DNA of 42,355 nt. Source: Gallionella sp. Lineage in GTDB: Bacteria > Pseudomonadota > Gammaproteobacteria > Burkholderiales > Gallionellaceae. Under the pieces are notes generated by a model, which ran no database searches, was not told the origin of the DNA, and worked only from the letters and a program-made list of their open reading frames with translations. The position numbers and the translations under genes are program-made. Every line of letters starts with the position of its first letter. Position 1 is the first letter of the stretch. The stretch lies in the NCBI GenBank assembly GCA_017880945.1, contig JADGRM010000001.1:1-42355 (forward strand), in the 5' to 3' direction. Positions 28,230 to 38,183 of the stretch are shown here, piece by piece.

Positions 28230-28637
28230 TCACCTGCGCTTGGCAATTTCAGGCAGCTCCACCCTTTTGATCACGCCACCTTCGGAAAGCAATACATAGC
28301 GGCTATGCACTTCTTCAACCGTAACACCGGGCATTGCTTCCGCATGGGTCCTGATCGCACGTGCAGGCTTGCCGTTAGCCGCCAGGATCGCAACGCTGTC
28401 AGCAGGATTGCTGCTGACCACCACGCCCCTCAGCTGATAATTGCCGGCGACGTCAGACGTCGAATGACCGCCTAACAAGGCAGCCGCCGCATCCAGCTTT
28501 GGCGCAGTCTGTGCAGTCTGGGGTGGTGCCGCAACAGAACGTACTGGCGGCTTGAACAATTGCATCGCCCAATATGCAGCAGAAACGCACAAGGCGATGA
28601 ACAGTACAAAACTTGTAATCAGTGGCCAGCGTTTCAT
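28230..28637 (-). CDS. gspC: Type II secretion protein C-like (no PDZ domain)
   Basis: N-terminal TM helix, Pro-rich linker, YQLRGVV...AIL HR-domain pattern; follows gspF. Confidence 0.6.
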   Translation of the reverse strand: MKRWPLITSFVLFIALCVSAAYWAMQLFKPPVRSVAAPPQTAQTAPKLDAAAALLGGHSTSDVAGNYQLRGVVVSSNPADSVAILAANGKPARAIRTHAEAMPGVTVEEVHSRYVLLSEGGVIKRVELPEIAKRR

Positions 28638-28704
28638 TTTATTGCATTCCTCATTTCAGCACCCAAGCATAACGCGATCAGACATGCCGTGCTTGGGCAT
28701 GCCA

Positions 28705-29925
28705 TTAGCGGACCAATTGGTTTATTTCGATGATCGGCATCAGCACTGCCAACACGATCAGCAGAACCACCACGCCCATCGCCAGTATCAGTGCCGGTTC
28801 CAGCAAGCCGGCCATGGTCATCGCGCGCCGTTCCAGATCCTGTTCCTGCGCGTTTGAGGCGCGCTCCAGCATCGCAGGCAATTCTCCGGTGACTTCACCG
28901 GCGCGGATCATGTGGATCAGCATCGGCGGGAAATGTTTGTGCGCCGACAGCGCTCGCGCCAGGCCGACGCCTTCGCGCACACTGTTCGTGGCTTCCTCGA
29001 CCTGTGCGCGCATCGCGACATTGGTCAGGGTGTCGCGGCTGGTTTGCAGCGCGCGTAATATCGGCACGCCGGAACCGGTGGTGATCGCCAAAGTGCTGGC
29101 AAAGCGCGCCGTGTTGAGGCTGCGCTCGAATCTTCCATACAGCGGCGCATTCAGCAACCAGGTATGCCAGCGCATCTTGATCGCGGGGTCTTTCAATGCG
29201 CGGCGCCAGGCGAAAGCCAGCGCGATGACAATAAGCAAAACGATCCATCCGTAATTACGCACGAAATCCGAAACGCCCAGCATCACTGTGGTGAGGAACG
29301 GCAGCTTTTGTTTGGTATTGGCAAACACCGACACGATCTGCGGCACCACGTAGGTCAACAAAAAGATCACGATCAAAAATGCCACCACGGTGACGATCGC
29401 CGGGTAGGTGAACGCGAGCTTGACCTTTTGCACCAGCGCATTGCGCCGCTCGATGTAGTCGGAAAGCCGCGACAGCACCCGTGCCAATTTGCCGATCTGT
29501 TCACCGGACGCGACCAGCGCACGGTAGATGTCGGCAAAGTCGCGCGGATGACGAGACAGCGCATCGGACAGCGACGCACCGCCCATCACTTCAGAGCGGA
29601 TCGAAGCGATCAGGTCACGCACATAAGTGCGTTCTGCTTGTTCCAGCAACGCGGAAAACGCCTGCTCCAGCGGCAGGCTGGCTTCCAACAGGCTGGCCAG
29701 CTGGCGCGTGAACAGAGCCAGCTCGATTGTAGACAGGCGATCTCCAAACGCGCTGCGTTTGGTCAGTCCTGCCTCGTCGAGCTGGGTCGCAATCTCATCG
29801 ACGCTGATCGGTACCAAGCCTTGGGCGCGCAGGTCTGAGCGCGCCGCACGCGCACTGTCGGCGTTGACTATGCCTTTTTGGGTAGTGCCAGTCGCGTTGA
29901 CGGCTTCATAACTGAATGCTGGCAC
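28705..29925 (-). CDS. gspF: Type II secretion inner-membrane protein F
   Basis: GTG start (PAFSYEA) with AAGGA RBS; FTRQLASLL, AFTYP, GEVTGEL, LLEP. Confidence 0.93.
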   Translation of the reverse strand: MPAFSYEAVNATGTTQKGIVNADSARAARSDLRAQGLVPISVDEIATQLDEAGLTKRSAFGDRLSTIELALFTRQLASLLEASLPLEQAFSALLEQAERTYVRDLIASIRSEVMGGASLSDALSRHPRDFADIYRALVASGEQIGKLARVLSRLSDYIERRNALVQKVKLAFTYPAIVTVVAFLIVIFLLTYVVPQIVSVFANTKQKLPFLTTVMLGVSDFVRNYGWIVLLIVIALAFAWRRALKDPAIKMRWHTWLLNAPLYGRFERSLNTARFASTLAITTGSGVPILRALQTSRDTLTNVAMRAQVEEATNSVREGVGLARALSAHKHFPPMLIHMIRAGEVTGELPAMLERASNAQEQDLERRAMTMAGLLEPALILAMGVVVLLIVLAVLMPIIEINQLVR

Positions 29926-29926
29926 G

Positions 29927-31366
29927 CTATTCCTTGGTGACGCGCAACAACTCAGCTTGCGTTGTCGTGCCATCGGCCAACCAGCGCTCGCCATCCTCGC
30001 GCATGGTGCGCATCCCGTCTTGTTGTGCGGTGGCGCGAATGTCGGCTTCCGATGCGCGGTTATGGATCTGTGCGCGGATCTGTTCGGTGGTCAGTAATAA
30101 TTCATACACGCCGACCCGGCCCTGATAGCCGGTGTGGCCGCATTTGTCGCAACCGACCTCATGCCAGAATTGGCCATCGTGGCGTTTGCAGTGTTCACAT
30201 AATTTGCGCACCAGACGCTGGGCGACGACACCGAGCAGCGATGAAGACAACAGAAACGGTTCGATGCCCATGTCGAGCAAACGCGTGACTGCCGCTGCCG
30301 AATCATTGGTGTGCAGGGTCGCCAGCACCAGGTGGCCGGTCAACGATGCCTGCACAGCAATCTGCGCGGTTTCCAGATCGCGTATCTCGCCGATCATGAT
30401 GATGTCCGGGTCCTGGCGCAAGATCGCGCGCAATGCCTTGGCAAACGTCATGTCGATGCGCGGGTTGACCTGGGTCTGGCCGATGCCGCTCAGTTCATAT
30501 TCGATCGGGTCTTCTACCGTCAGGATATTGGTGCTGGTCGCATTCAGCCGGGATAGCGCGGCATAAAGCGTGGTGGTCTTGCCGGAACCGGTCGGGCCGG
30601 TTACCAGCACGATACCGTGCGGCTGCGCGATCAGCTTGTCGAATTGCGCCAGCACTTCCGCGCTCATACCCAGATTTTGCAAGTCGAGCTGGCCTGCTTC
30701 CTTGTCAAGCAGGCGCAACACCGCGCGTTCGCCGTGTCCGGTGGGCAGCGTGGAAACCCGCACATCGACCGGCTTGCCGCCGACGCGCAGCGTGATGCGG
30801 CCATCCTGCGGCAGGCGTTTCTCGGCGATGTCTAGCTGCGCCATGATCTTGATGCGCGAGATCAGCGAGGCATGGATCGCCTTCTTCGGCCGCACCACAT
30901 CGCGCAGGCTGCCGTCGATGCGAAAGCGCACCACTGAAATCTGCTCGAACGGTTCGATATGAATATCCGATGCGCCTTCGCGCAATGCCTGCGTCAGCAG
31001 CGCATTGATCATCCGGATCACCGGCGCGTCATCGGCCGATTCCAGCAAGTCCTCGATCGCTGGCATGTCCAGCATCAGTTTTGCCAGGTCGAGATCGGAT
31101 TCATATTCATCGATGACCTGCGCCGCGTCACCGCCGGAGCCGGCATAGGCTTTGGCGATCGCCGCTTCGAGCTCGCCGCGCGACAATGATTTCAACCTGA
31201 CGTGCCCGAAACAGCGGCTCACTTCTGCGATCGCTGTTGGCGTGGTCGCATCCGATATCCAGACCTCGACAGGGCCATCTGCAGTGCTGTTGCGTTGCGC
31301 CAGCAGTGCGAAGTCGCGGGCGAACGCGTAGGGGAGAAGGCGAGCATTCAACACGGTATTGTCCAT
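29927..31366 (-). CDS. gspE: Type II secretion ATPase E
   Basis: [21 protein letters not shown], Walker [27 protein letters not shown]. Start set at MDNT. Confidence 0.95.
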   Translation of the reverse strand: MDNTVLNARLLPYAFARDFALLAQRNSTADGPVEVWISDATTPTAIAEVSRCFGHVRLKSLSRGELEAAIAKAYAGSGGDAAQVIDEYESDLDLAKLMLDMPAIEDLLESADDAPVIRMINALLTQALREGASDIHIEPFEQISVVRFRIDGSLRDVVRPKKAIHASLISRIKIMAQLDIAEKRLPQDGRITLRVGGKPVDVRVSTLPTGHGERAVLRLLDKEAGQLDLQNLGMSAEVLAQFDKLIAQPHGIVLVTGPTGSGKTTTLYAALSRLNATSTNILTVEDPIEYELSGIGQTQVNPRIDMTFAKALRAILRQDPDIIMIGEIRDLETAQIAVQASLTGHLVLATLHTNDSAAAVTRLLDMGIEPFLLSSSLLGVVAQRLVRKLCEHCKRHDGQFWHEVGCDKCGHTGYQGRVGVYELLLTTEQIRAQIHNRASEADIRATAQQDGMRTMREDGERWLADGTTTQAELLRVTKE

Positions 31367-31370
31367 CGAA

Positions 31371-33626
31371 TTATTGCTGTGGAGCTGCTGCTGCCGGTTG
31401 TTGCGGAGCAGGGTTTTGTGGAAGTTCCGGTGGCGTGTTGGTTGGAGAGCCAGGTTCAGCCTGTTTGACCCCAGTCTGTGTTTGTTTAACCAGGGGACCG
31501 CCGACCATCCGACCATCCTGCAGCGGCGGCAACTGCGGCGCGTCCATATTCGGCAATACGATAGTCCGCTCCGGTTGCCCGCTGATTTCCTCATTGCGGA
31601 TGTAATCGTAGCGGTCTCCTGCCAGACTCACGCTCTGCTCATTGTTGCGTACTATGGTCGGCCGCAAGAACACCATCAAGTTGGTTTTGACGTGGCTGCG
31701 TGTCTTGTACTGGAACAAATTGCCAATGATTGGAATATCGCCCAAGCCAGGTACTTTTTCGATGCTGTCTTGCATGTTGTCATCGATCAAGCCGCCCAGC
31801 ACGATGATCTGCCCGTCGTCCACCAGCACGTTGGTATCGAGCGAGCGCTTGCTGGTGATGAGCCCGGCTGGATTGGTCGCATCCGTAATGGCCGACGTTT
31901 CCTGATAAATCGTCATTCTGACCGTGCCGCCTTGTGAAATCTGTGGCTTCACCCGCAACGTCAAGCCGATATCATGGCGCTCGACCGTCTGGAACGGATT
32001 CACCCCCGCACTGCCAGCCGAGGCGGCTGTGGTGTATTGGCCGGTAACAAAAGGCACGTTCGAGCCGACGACAATTTTTGCTTCTTCATTGTCCAGCGTG
32101 ATCAGGTTGGGCATCGACAGGATATTTGCACTGCTGTCGGACTCGAGTGCATGGACCAAAGCACCCAGGCCGGACTGGTTGAGGAGGCCCAGGGTCAAAC
32201 CGTTGCCCGGTGCCAGAATGGTGCCGGCGGTTTTTGCGACAGCCTGGCTGATCAGGTTGTTGCCCCCGCCCTGCGGCGTAAATCCGGTCAGTGCCCCGAC
32301 CCGATAATTGCTGGTGCTATTTCCCGATAAGCCAGCCCATTGCACGCCCAATTGGGCCGCTTTGTTTGCAGACACTTCGACGATCAGCGACTCGATATAG
32401 ACTTGGGCACGGCGTGCATCGAGTTGGTCGATGACCGTGCGCAAGTCGCGGTAGACAGACTCGCTGGCGGTGATGATCAGCGTGTTGGTCGTTGGGTCGG
32501 CCTGAATGAATCCGGCCGCTCCCCCGCTCGGCAGGGATGCCTGTGCTGGCGATGGCGATGTTGATGGCGATGTTGATGTTGATGCCGAATTTATCACGGA
32601 AGTATCCGATGTCACGATGGCACGCAAGGTTTGTGCAAGCTTGGTCGCTTCGGCATTCTTCAAGTAGACCACGTGCACATTGCCCGGCTGCGCGGTTGGC
32701 TGGTCGAGTTTTTCAATCAGCGCTTTCGCCAGATTGGCGCGTGCTTCGGACGGCGCGCGCACAACGACCGAATTGGTGCGCGGATAGGCCAGCACACTGA
32801 TGCGTCCGGCATCGCCTGCAGGTGTTCCACCCGGCTCCAGCAGTCGATTGGCCATCACCGCAATATCGCTGGCGACCGCATAACGGATAGGCACCATATC
32901 CAGATCGGTGCTCGCGGGCACGTCCAGTGACGAGATTATTTTGCCCAGCCGCAGCAGGTTGTCGGCGTAATCGGTGATGATCAGCGTGTTGTTGCCCGGG
33001 TTGGCGTTGATAGTGTTGTTGGGTGAGATCAGCGGTCGCAATACCGCCACCAGATTGTTTGCGGATTCAAATTTCAAATGAAATATCTGCGTCGCGATCT
33101 GGTCGCCGCGAACTGCACCGGCCTGGATCGGGCCCGCCTGCAACTTGGCATCCGCTTCCGGCACCACTTTTGTATAGCCGTTGCCGGTCACCACAGTGTA
33201 GCCACGCAAACGCAACACCGAGGTCAACAGCTGAAATGCCTGAGCCTTGGTGAGTTCCTTCTCGGATACCAGGGTGACCGTGCCTTTGACACGGGGATCG
33301 ATGATGAACGTCGTATTGGTGTAATCGCCGACCGCCGCGATCACCGATTCGATATCGGCATCGACGAAATTGAGAGTGCCCCTGTTCGAACCCGTATCCT
33401 TGTTTGCACTCGTGGCTGCGAGCGTGCCGGGTGACTTATTCGGGCCAGCGATTGCATTTGTGCCGGGGGTAACTTCCAAGTCCGATTCCTGCGCCTGCGC
33501 AGGCTGAGTGCCCGTCACTGCGCACAGCAACACGATCATTGCAGTCCAGCGCCGACGCACTGCCGGTCTTCGGGCTGTTTCTTGCATTCTATTTATTGGC
33601 ATAATTGGCAATCTGTTTTTTATCAT
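31371..33626 (-). CDS. gspD: Type II secretion secretin D
   Basis: [50 protein letters not shown]. The exact start is uncertain. Confidence 0.93.
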   Translation of the reverse strand: MIKNRLPIMPINRMQETARRPAVRRRWTAMIVLLCAVTGTQPAQAQESDLEVTPGTNAIAGPNKSPGTLAATSANKDTGSNRGTLNFVDADIESVIAAVGDYTNTTFIIDPRVKGTVTLVSEKELTKAQAFQLLTSVLRLRGYTVVTGNGYTKVVPEADAKLQAGPIQAGAVRGDQIATQIFHLKFESANNLVAVLRPLISPNNTINANPGNNTLIITDYADNLLRLGKIISSLDVPASTDLDMVPIRYAVASDIAVMANRLLEPGGTPAGDAGRISVLAYPRTNSVVVRAPSEARANLAKALIEKLDQPTAQPGNVHVVYLKNAEATKLAQTLRAIVTSDTSVINSASTSTSPSTSPSPAQASLPSGGAAGFIQADPTTNTLIITASESVYRDLRTVIDQLDARRAQVYIESLIVEVSANKAAQLGVQWAGLSGNSTSNYRVGALTGFTPQGGGNNLISQAVAKTAGTILAPGNGLTLGLLNQSGLGALVHALESDSSANILSMPNLITLDNEEAKIVVGSNVPFVTGQYTTAASAGSAGVNPFQTVERHDIGLTLRVKPQISQGGTVRMTIYQETSAITDATNPAGLITSKRSLDTNVLVDDGQIIVLGGLIDDNMQDSIEKVPGLGDIPIIGNLFQYKTRSHVKTNLMVFLRPTIVRNNEQSVSLAGDRYDYIRNEEISGQPERTIVLPNMDAPQLPPLQDGRMVGGPLVKQTQTGVKQAEPGSPTNTPPELPQNPAPQQPAAAAPQQ

Positions 33627-34396
33627 TTGAACTCTAGCGCGATAACATCTTTGTCGCCTTCTCTACGGCGTTGACCCAGCAAATTCAGAAAATTCGCCAG
33701 CCTCTCTTCTTGTCCTGCCTCGGCTTGCGCCGTGCCGGAAAACTGCAGGCGTCCGTTGTTAATCATCCCTGAACCGTTTAACAACATCGGTCCATTTACC
33801 GTGTTAAGCTTCACTGATGCCTGAGCACCGTGCCAGTCGAGTGACAGATCATAACTGCCCAGCGGTTTGACCGGTGACAGCCGCGATCCGATATCTTTCA
33901 TTTCCAGTTTCATAGCTCCGACCATCTCGATTTCCCCATTCTGTTGCGTCAATTGCAGCTGTTCCCATGATAATCGCATCTGGCCGGACGGCAGCACTGT
34001 GTTCAGCGGTGCGCCCAGAGCGGCCAACCTTTCCGCGGGTAATAAAATCGCCCCCGGACTCACTTGCCATTGATGCCAGTTGCCCTTCACGCTGATCGGC
34101 TGCGACACTGCCTCAGCGTTTTCCAGATCGGCATCGACACTACCCAGCAACACCATCGGAGACAAACGCCACGAGAAGCGTCCCGGCAACAACGGCGTTA
34201 CCGGATCGCTGCCATTCGCTGCGCCGCCAACGAAGGCTGAGCCGCGCCACAATGTGCCATGCGCGTCCCCGAGCGTCAGGCGGCCCGCGGTCTGTTTCTC
34301 AACCAAAGCCGTCATCCAGGAGGCCGGGAAAAACATCATCATGGTAAGCGCCACACTGGCAATCGCTGCCAGCAACCATATCACGGCGCGGCGCAA
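33623..34396 (-). CDS. gspN: Type II secretion protein N
   Basis: TTG start after AGGAG, N-terminal TM, PASW, GTLWRGS, LNLLG; lies between gspM and gspD. Confidence 0.8.
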   Translation of the reverse strand: MRRAVIWLLAAIASVALTMMMFFPASWMTALVEKQTAGRLTLGDAHGTLWRGSAFVGGAANGSDPVTPLLPGRFSWRLSPMVLLGSVDADLENAEAVSQPISVKGNWHQWQVSPGAILLPAERLAALGAPLNTVLPSGQMRLSWEQLQLTQQNGEIEMVGAMKLEMKDIGSRLSPVKPLGSYDLSLDWHGAQASVKLNTVNGPMLLNGSGMINNGRLQFSGTAQAEAGQEERLANFLNLLGQRRREGDKDVIALEFK

Positions 34397-34510
34397 TGCA
34401 TCTCCTTTTCATGCCATTGCCAAGGGTTCAAACACAGCAATGAAGCGGGGTGTACAAATGCGCCATTGCAGGATGCCTTTGGTAATATCACCCATATTCT
34501 GGATATCGAA

Positions 34511-35047
34511 TTATTCATGCGAGGGTAGCCGCAACGTAAATGTTGCATTGACCATATCGGGTTGAGCCAGTGCAACGATATTGGCATCGACCACGGAAAG
34601 CAGCGCGGACTTTTGCATATAGTCCAGCCAATTCAATGTGCCGGAAAAAGAGGCTGCGGCGAGTTGCACCTTCGCGAAGTCGCCGGTCAGCATCACGCTT
34701 TGCGGCTTCAAGCCGTTGCGCGCAAGCGCTGCCTCGATATTTTGTTTGGACATCGCTATCAATGGCGTAGCAGATTTTCCGGCCAATGCTGATGCAGACT
34801 TTCCTGAGAGTGCCGCAGCTTCCCTGGACAGTGCCTGCATTTGCGCGACTTGCTGGCGCAGCATGGGCAGATTTTTGTTCAACCGGTCGCGACCGGAAAG
34901 CGCAGGATCGATCAGCAATGTGTAGGCCAGGCCAATGGTAACGACCAGCGCAGCCACGGCAAGCATCGCGCGCTCGCGCGCATCGCGCACCGCCCAGAAT
35001 TCCGAGAACGATAGCCTGGATTGATCCCACAGACTTGTCAGGTTCAT
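34511..35047 (-). CDS. gspM: Type II secretion protein M
   Basis: FW...ARER.ML followed by a TM helix and coiled coil; ATGA overlap with gspL. Confidence 0.8.
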   Translation of the reverse strand: MNLTSLWDQSRLSFSEFWAVRDARERAMLAVAALVVTIGLAYTLLIDPALSGRDRLNKNLPMLRQQVAQMQALSREAAALSGKSASALAGKSATPLIAMSKQNIEAALARNGLKPQSVMLTGDFAKVQLAAASFSGTLNWLDYMQKSALLSVVDANIVALAQPDMVNATFTLRLPSHE

Positions 35048-36354
35048 TTTGCGCTCCTGATTTGCCAGACGACCGCGCCTGATTGTTCGGGCGCAAGGTC
35101 AAGCGCCAGATCGCGTTTAGCCAGTGCGGCTTTCATCTGTTGGGTTGGCGCTTCACCACCCGGCTTCAGGCGCACGAACAGGCTGTGATCGTGATATTCG
35201 ATTGCGGCGATTGCGGTTGATTTGCCCGCCGCTGCAACAGCGCTGGCCCATGCCTCGCCGAAGGACGCCGTGATCGCGGTAAAATCATCCGGTGCGGCCT
35301 GCCCTGAAGCGCGTTTGGCAGCCGCGATCTTCTGCTGCATTTGCGCGATGGGATCGATGATCACGGAATCTTTCGGATAGGCCGACTTGTAGATCTGGAC
35401 CATGGCCACACGCAGCGAATTGGTTTCGCCCTTCATGTGCCACCAGTCGATATTCAATGCTGCGGCATTGATGACCAGAACCGTAGCGGCCAGTGCCAGC
35501 GGCCAGCGCCATGGACGCCAGTCCAGCTTGGGGCCGGTTCCCAAGCCCAGTCCCGCCATCAGATCGAGTGTCGTGACGTTGGCACCGGCAATCCAGCGCG
35601 ACCAGTTGTCGGCGAATACGCCGATGCGCTTATTCAACGCGATAGTATCGTTGACCACTTCCTGATAAGCGTGCACCAATGATTGCGGCACATATAGCGT
35701 GATCGGTGCTTCGGGCACCACTGCGCATAATGTACGTATCGCCACACTTGCCGCAGATTCATCCTGTTCAGGCGTGATCGCCAAACCGATGCCGTCCTGT
35801 TCCGACAGGCGCAGCGTCATGTCGATACCGGCATCCTTGTCACTGTCATTCCGGTCGTTGATGGCGGCGGTCACGCTGCCCGGCTGATCAGATTGGCAGG
35901 GCAGGCACAATTGTGCGGGCAAAGCCGCGATATGACGCGCGCCGAACGCGATCAAGGTCTTGGCCAAGAGGTCGAGCCAGGTGCGCTGTACCACCGCGAC
36001 AGTGCGCAACCCGTCTGATAAACCGCCCGCGACCACCACACAGTCGGACGGATCAGCGATCAACTGTTCTTCAACCAGGTTGGGCAATGCGGCCTTCAGT
36101 CTGGCTGACGATAGCGGCGGCACTTGCAAACGCAACACGGTGACATCGCTGGCGGCCAGCAACAGTACCACGCGCTGAGACTTCGCTACCGTGTCAGACA
36201 ATTCCGACAATGGTGACGTGCCCTGACGCTCGATTGAGCTGCCATGCGACAAATTACCATTTGATACAAGGGCGAACGGACAAGCCAGTGCATGCCAGTG
36301 CGGGGCGCTGTCGGCGACGGCTTTGGAAGGTAAGCGGATATAGAGTGTGCTCAA
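35044..36354 (-). CDS. gspL: Type II secretion protein L
   Basis: TTG start STLYIRLP, ALPNLVEEQL, single TM after WRPWRW, IIDPIAQMQQ. Confidence 0.85.
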   Translation of the reverse strand: MSTLYIRLPSKAVADSAPHWHALACPFALVSNGNLSHGSSIERQGTSPLSELSDTVAKSQRVVLLLAASDVTVLRLQVPPLSSARLKAALPNLVEEQLIADPSDCVVVAGGLSDGLRTVAVVQRTWLDLLAKTLIAFGARHIAALPAQLCLPCQSDQPGSVTAAINDRNDSDKDAGIDMTLRLSEQDGIGLAITPEQDESAASVAIRTLCAVVPEAPITLYVPQSLVHAYQEVVNDTIALNKRIGVFADNWSRWIAGANVTTLDLMAGLGLGTGPKLDWRPWRWPLALAATVLVINAAALNIDWWHMKGETNSLRVAMVQIYKSAYPKDSVIIDPIAQMQQKIAAAKRASGQAAPDDFTAITASFGEAWASAVAAAGKSTAIAAIEYHDHSLFVRLKPGGEAPTQQMKAALAKRDLALDLAPEQSGAVVWQIRSAK

Positions 36355-36425
36355 GGTGTCTCGCCAGCTTTACTGATCATCAGCATGAAAAAATTTATGT
36401 TTGTCATAACCATATCAATATCTTA

Positions 36426-36474
36426 GGGGCTGAAGTAGATTAGCTTAAATGTTAAGCTAATCTACTTCAACCTC
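36426..36474. mobile_element. 49-bp miniature IS1016-like (IS1595 family) element or IS scar
   Basis: 23-bp terminal inverted repeats (21/23 identical; left GGGGCTGAAGTAGATTAGCTTAA) around a 3-bp centre, flanked by the direct repeat ATATCTTA at 36418-36425 and 36475-36482. Confidence 0.72.
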
Positions 36475-36683
36475 ATATCTTAACATGTCATAAGGGAAGT
36501 ATAAATGTTGTGGGAGTCAGCATTGGAATCCCCGGCACCAACTCCTGCATATGGCTGGGCAGATGCCGGTATCGCCATAAGTATTGCACCAGACTCCATT
36601 GCCACTAGAACCTTATGCATTATATTTCTCCCAATAAGATCATTGCGTATTAGAGAAGTATAGAGGCGAATCCTCCTCGAGTA

Positions 36684-36699
36684 TGTGCGCTACCGTACA
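36684..36699. promoter_or_regulatory. Crp-like box TGTGCG-CTAC-CGTACA
   Basis: 6-4-6 palindrome about 330 bp upstream of gspL; the same motif recurs around the crp-like genes. Confidence 0.5.
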
Positions 36700-36706
36700 C
36701 AAGGCC

Positions 36707-36737
36707 AAAAAGAAAAAGGACCCTTGCGGGTCCTTTT
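36707..36737 (-). terminator. Rho-independent terminator (possibly bidirectional)
   Basis: AAAAGGACCC-TTGC-GGGTCCTTTT with a long T-tract on the minus strand, downstream of the DUF3494 gene. Confidence 0.85.
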
Positions 36738-36748
36738 CATTTATTGCA

Positions 36749-36776
36749 ATTGAAGACTTAGTATTGAAGACTTAGT
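36749..36776. repeat. 14-bp tandem duplication ATTGAAGACTTAGT x2
   Basis: Two exact adjacent copies that include the stop codon of the DUF3494 gene. Confidence 0.85.
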
Positions 36777-37644
36777 AAGGTATTGCGGTATTGTCAGGTT
36801 GACGACCTGGATCGCCTGGTGTGCCGTATTCGCCATTAACAAGTTCATCATTCGAAGTATTCTTATTGTTCGAATTGCCTGGATCGCAGCCTTCATATCC
36901 ATTGCCTACGCCTTGATTGCACTTGCTTTGCGAGTGATGTCTGGTGCTGGTGCAGCCTGTGACTGTAGTGCCGGTCACTGTTACTCCAGCTGCTGATAAG
37001 GCATCACCATTGAAGGTTCCACGAGTGAAAGTGATCGCTGCACCTGCGTATATCGTTCCCACGAAGTTCGAATCTGTCATCGTCACTGCTTGGGCAACAT
37101 ACCAGGTTACGGCGTCACATGGTACTACCTGGCCATTGGCCATGACCACATTCAAGCCGGTGCCTGTAAGGGCTCCAGTACCGCTGGTTCCGATTATAAA
37201 AGTCCAAGTATCTTTCGCGGACCCTTTAAGCGTTAGTGTACCGTTTGTCGTTGCTGATGCTGCGGCGACATAATAAACACCAGGTGAAAGCGTTTGACCT
37301 GCGAGGTTACCGTCAATAACGGTACCGCCGGAAATAGCCAGACCCGCTGCGAGCGCGGCGTTGAAGTCAGATACAACCTGAGCGGAAACCGGTGCAATAA
37401 CCGACCCGCTAACCGTGCTAGTGGTCTGAATGACCGCCGCTGGGAGTCCTGAGGAACCTACGTCTCCGATGATGGTAGCATTGGTTAAAGTTACTGCTCC
37501 GCCTTGACTAGGTGCTGCACTAAGAATTGCGAAAGTTGACGCTGTACTTGGTGCGCTTGCAGCCCATGCCCCAAGCGGGGACACTGCAAGTATCGCGGCC
37601 AGTGAAATCAGGCTCGCGGAGAAATGTTTTTGAAGTTGATTCAT
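36772..37644 (-). CDS. Secreted ice-binding-like protein (DUF3494)
   Basis: Signal peptide, FAILS, IIGDVG, LAGQTLSPGVY, VTWYV, FVGTIYAGAAIT, Thr-rich. Start MNQL after AGGAG. Confidence 0.8.
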   Translation of the reverse strand: MNQLQKHFSASLISLAAILAVSPLGAWAASAPSTASTFAILSAAPSQGGAVTLTNATIIGDVGSSGLPAAVIQTTSTVSGSVIAPVSAQVVSDFNAALAAGLAISGGTVIDGNLAGQTLSPGVYYVAAASATTNGTLTLKGSAKDTWTFIIGTSGTGALTGTGLNVVMANGQVVPCDAVTWYVAQAVTMTDSNFVGTIYAGAAITFTRGTFNGDALSAAGVTVTGTTVTGCTSTRHHSQSKCNQGVGNGYEGCDPGNSNNKNTSNDELVNGEYGTPGDPGRQPDNTAIPY

Positions 37645-37870
37645 GATGAGTCTCCTAAAATAAAAAAGGTTATTGACGAAACAAATCAGTAAAAAATCCC
37701 ATACGGACATGAGTCTTGAGTGAATGCACCGCCGACCCCAACGTTGGTATTCTTTACTTCACGACGAAGGCTGATTCTCATGCCGGTTTTTTTCAGGCCA
37801 GCATAGGATCAAACTGAACTGAGACCACCCATCGACAGAACATTTATAGCTCTTGCCGCCCGGGGTGAAC

Positions 37871-37886
37871 CGTGCGCTGGCACACA
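37871..37886. promoter_or_regulatory. Crp-like box CGTGCG-CTGG-CACACA
   Basis: Degenerate copy in the divergent DUF3494/crp intergenic region. Confidence 0.4.
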
Positions 37887-37998
37887 TAAGGCAAAAAATT
37901 TCCCACGGCCGGTGCATACGTGGTTGGATACGATTCAATTTTTTGCTGGGCGGTAGGCAGAACTGCTGTCTCAAGGCGGCGGTTCTCTTTGCGTACAT

Positions 37999-38014
37999 TG
38001 TGTGTTAGCGCACA
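37999..38014. promoter_or_regulatory. Crp-like box TGTGTG-TTAG-CGCACA
   Basis: Near-perfect 6-4-6 palindrome upstream of the first crp-like gene. Confidence 0.55.
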
Positions 38015-38183
38015 TACAACAACAGATCCTTGCTGTAATTTCACACCATCTCGCAGCTCACCGGCGTGCACGGCGTGAGTGTGCTGCCAATGAAGCGTCG
38101 GTTTTCGGCAACGGATATGCAATTTTGCATCTCCGGTTGCAGGCTTTGGAATTACCCGACTGCTTACTACACAGGATTGCCCA

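Noticed and set aside
31367-31594. Long N-terminal extensions in the ORF track (gspE here; also dsrA, dsrE, dsrJ, dsbC, cas6-like)
   Set aside because: They overlap neighbouring genes or lack an RBS; internal starts fit family lengths better.
32545-32590. GATGGCGATGTT-type repeats in gspD
   Set aside because: They encode the Ser/Thr/Pro low-complexity linker common in secretin N3 domains.
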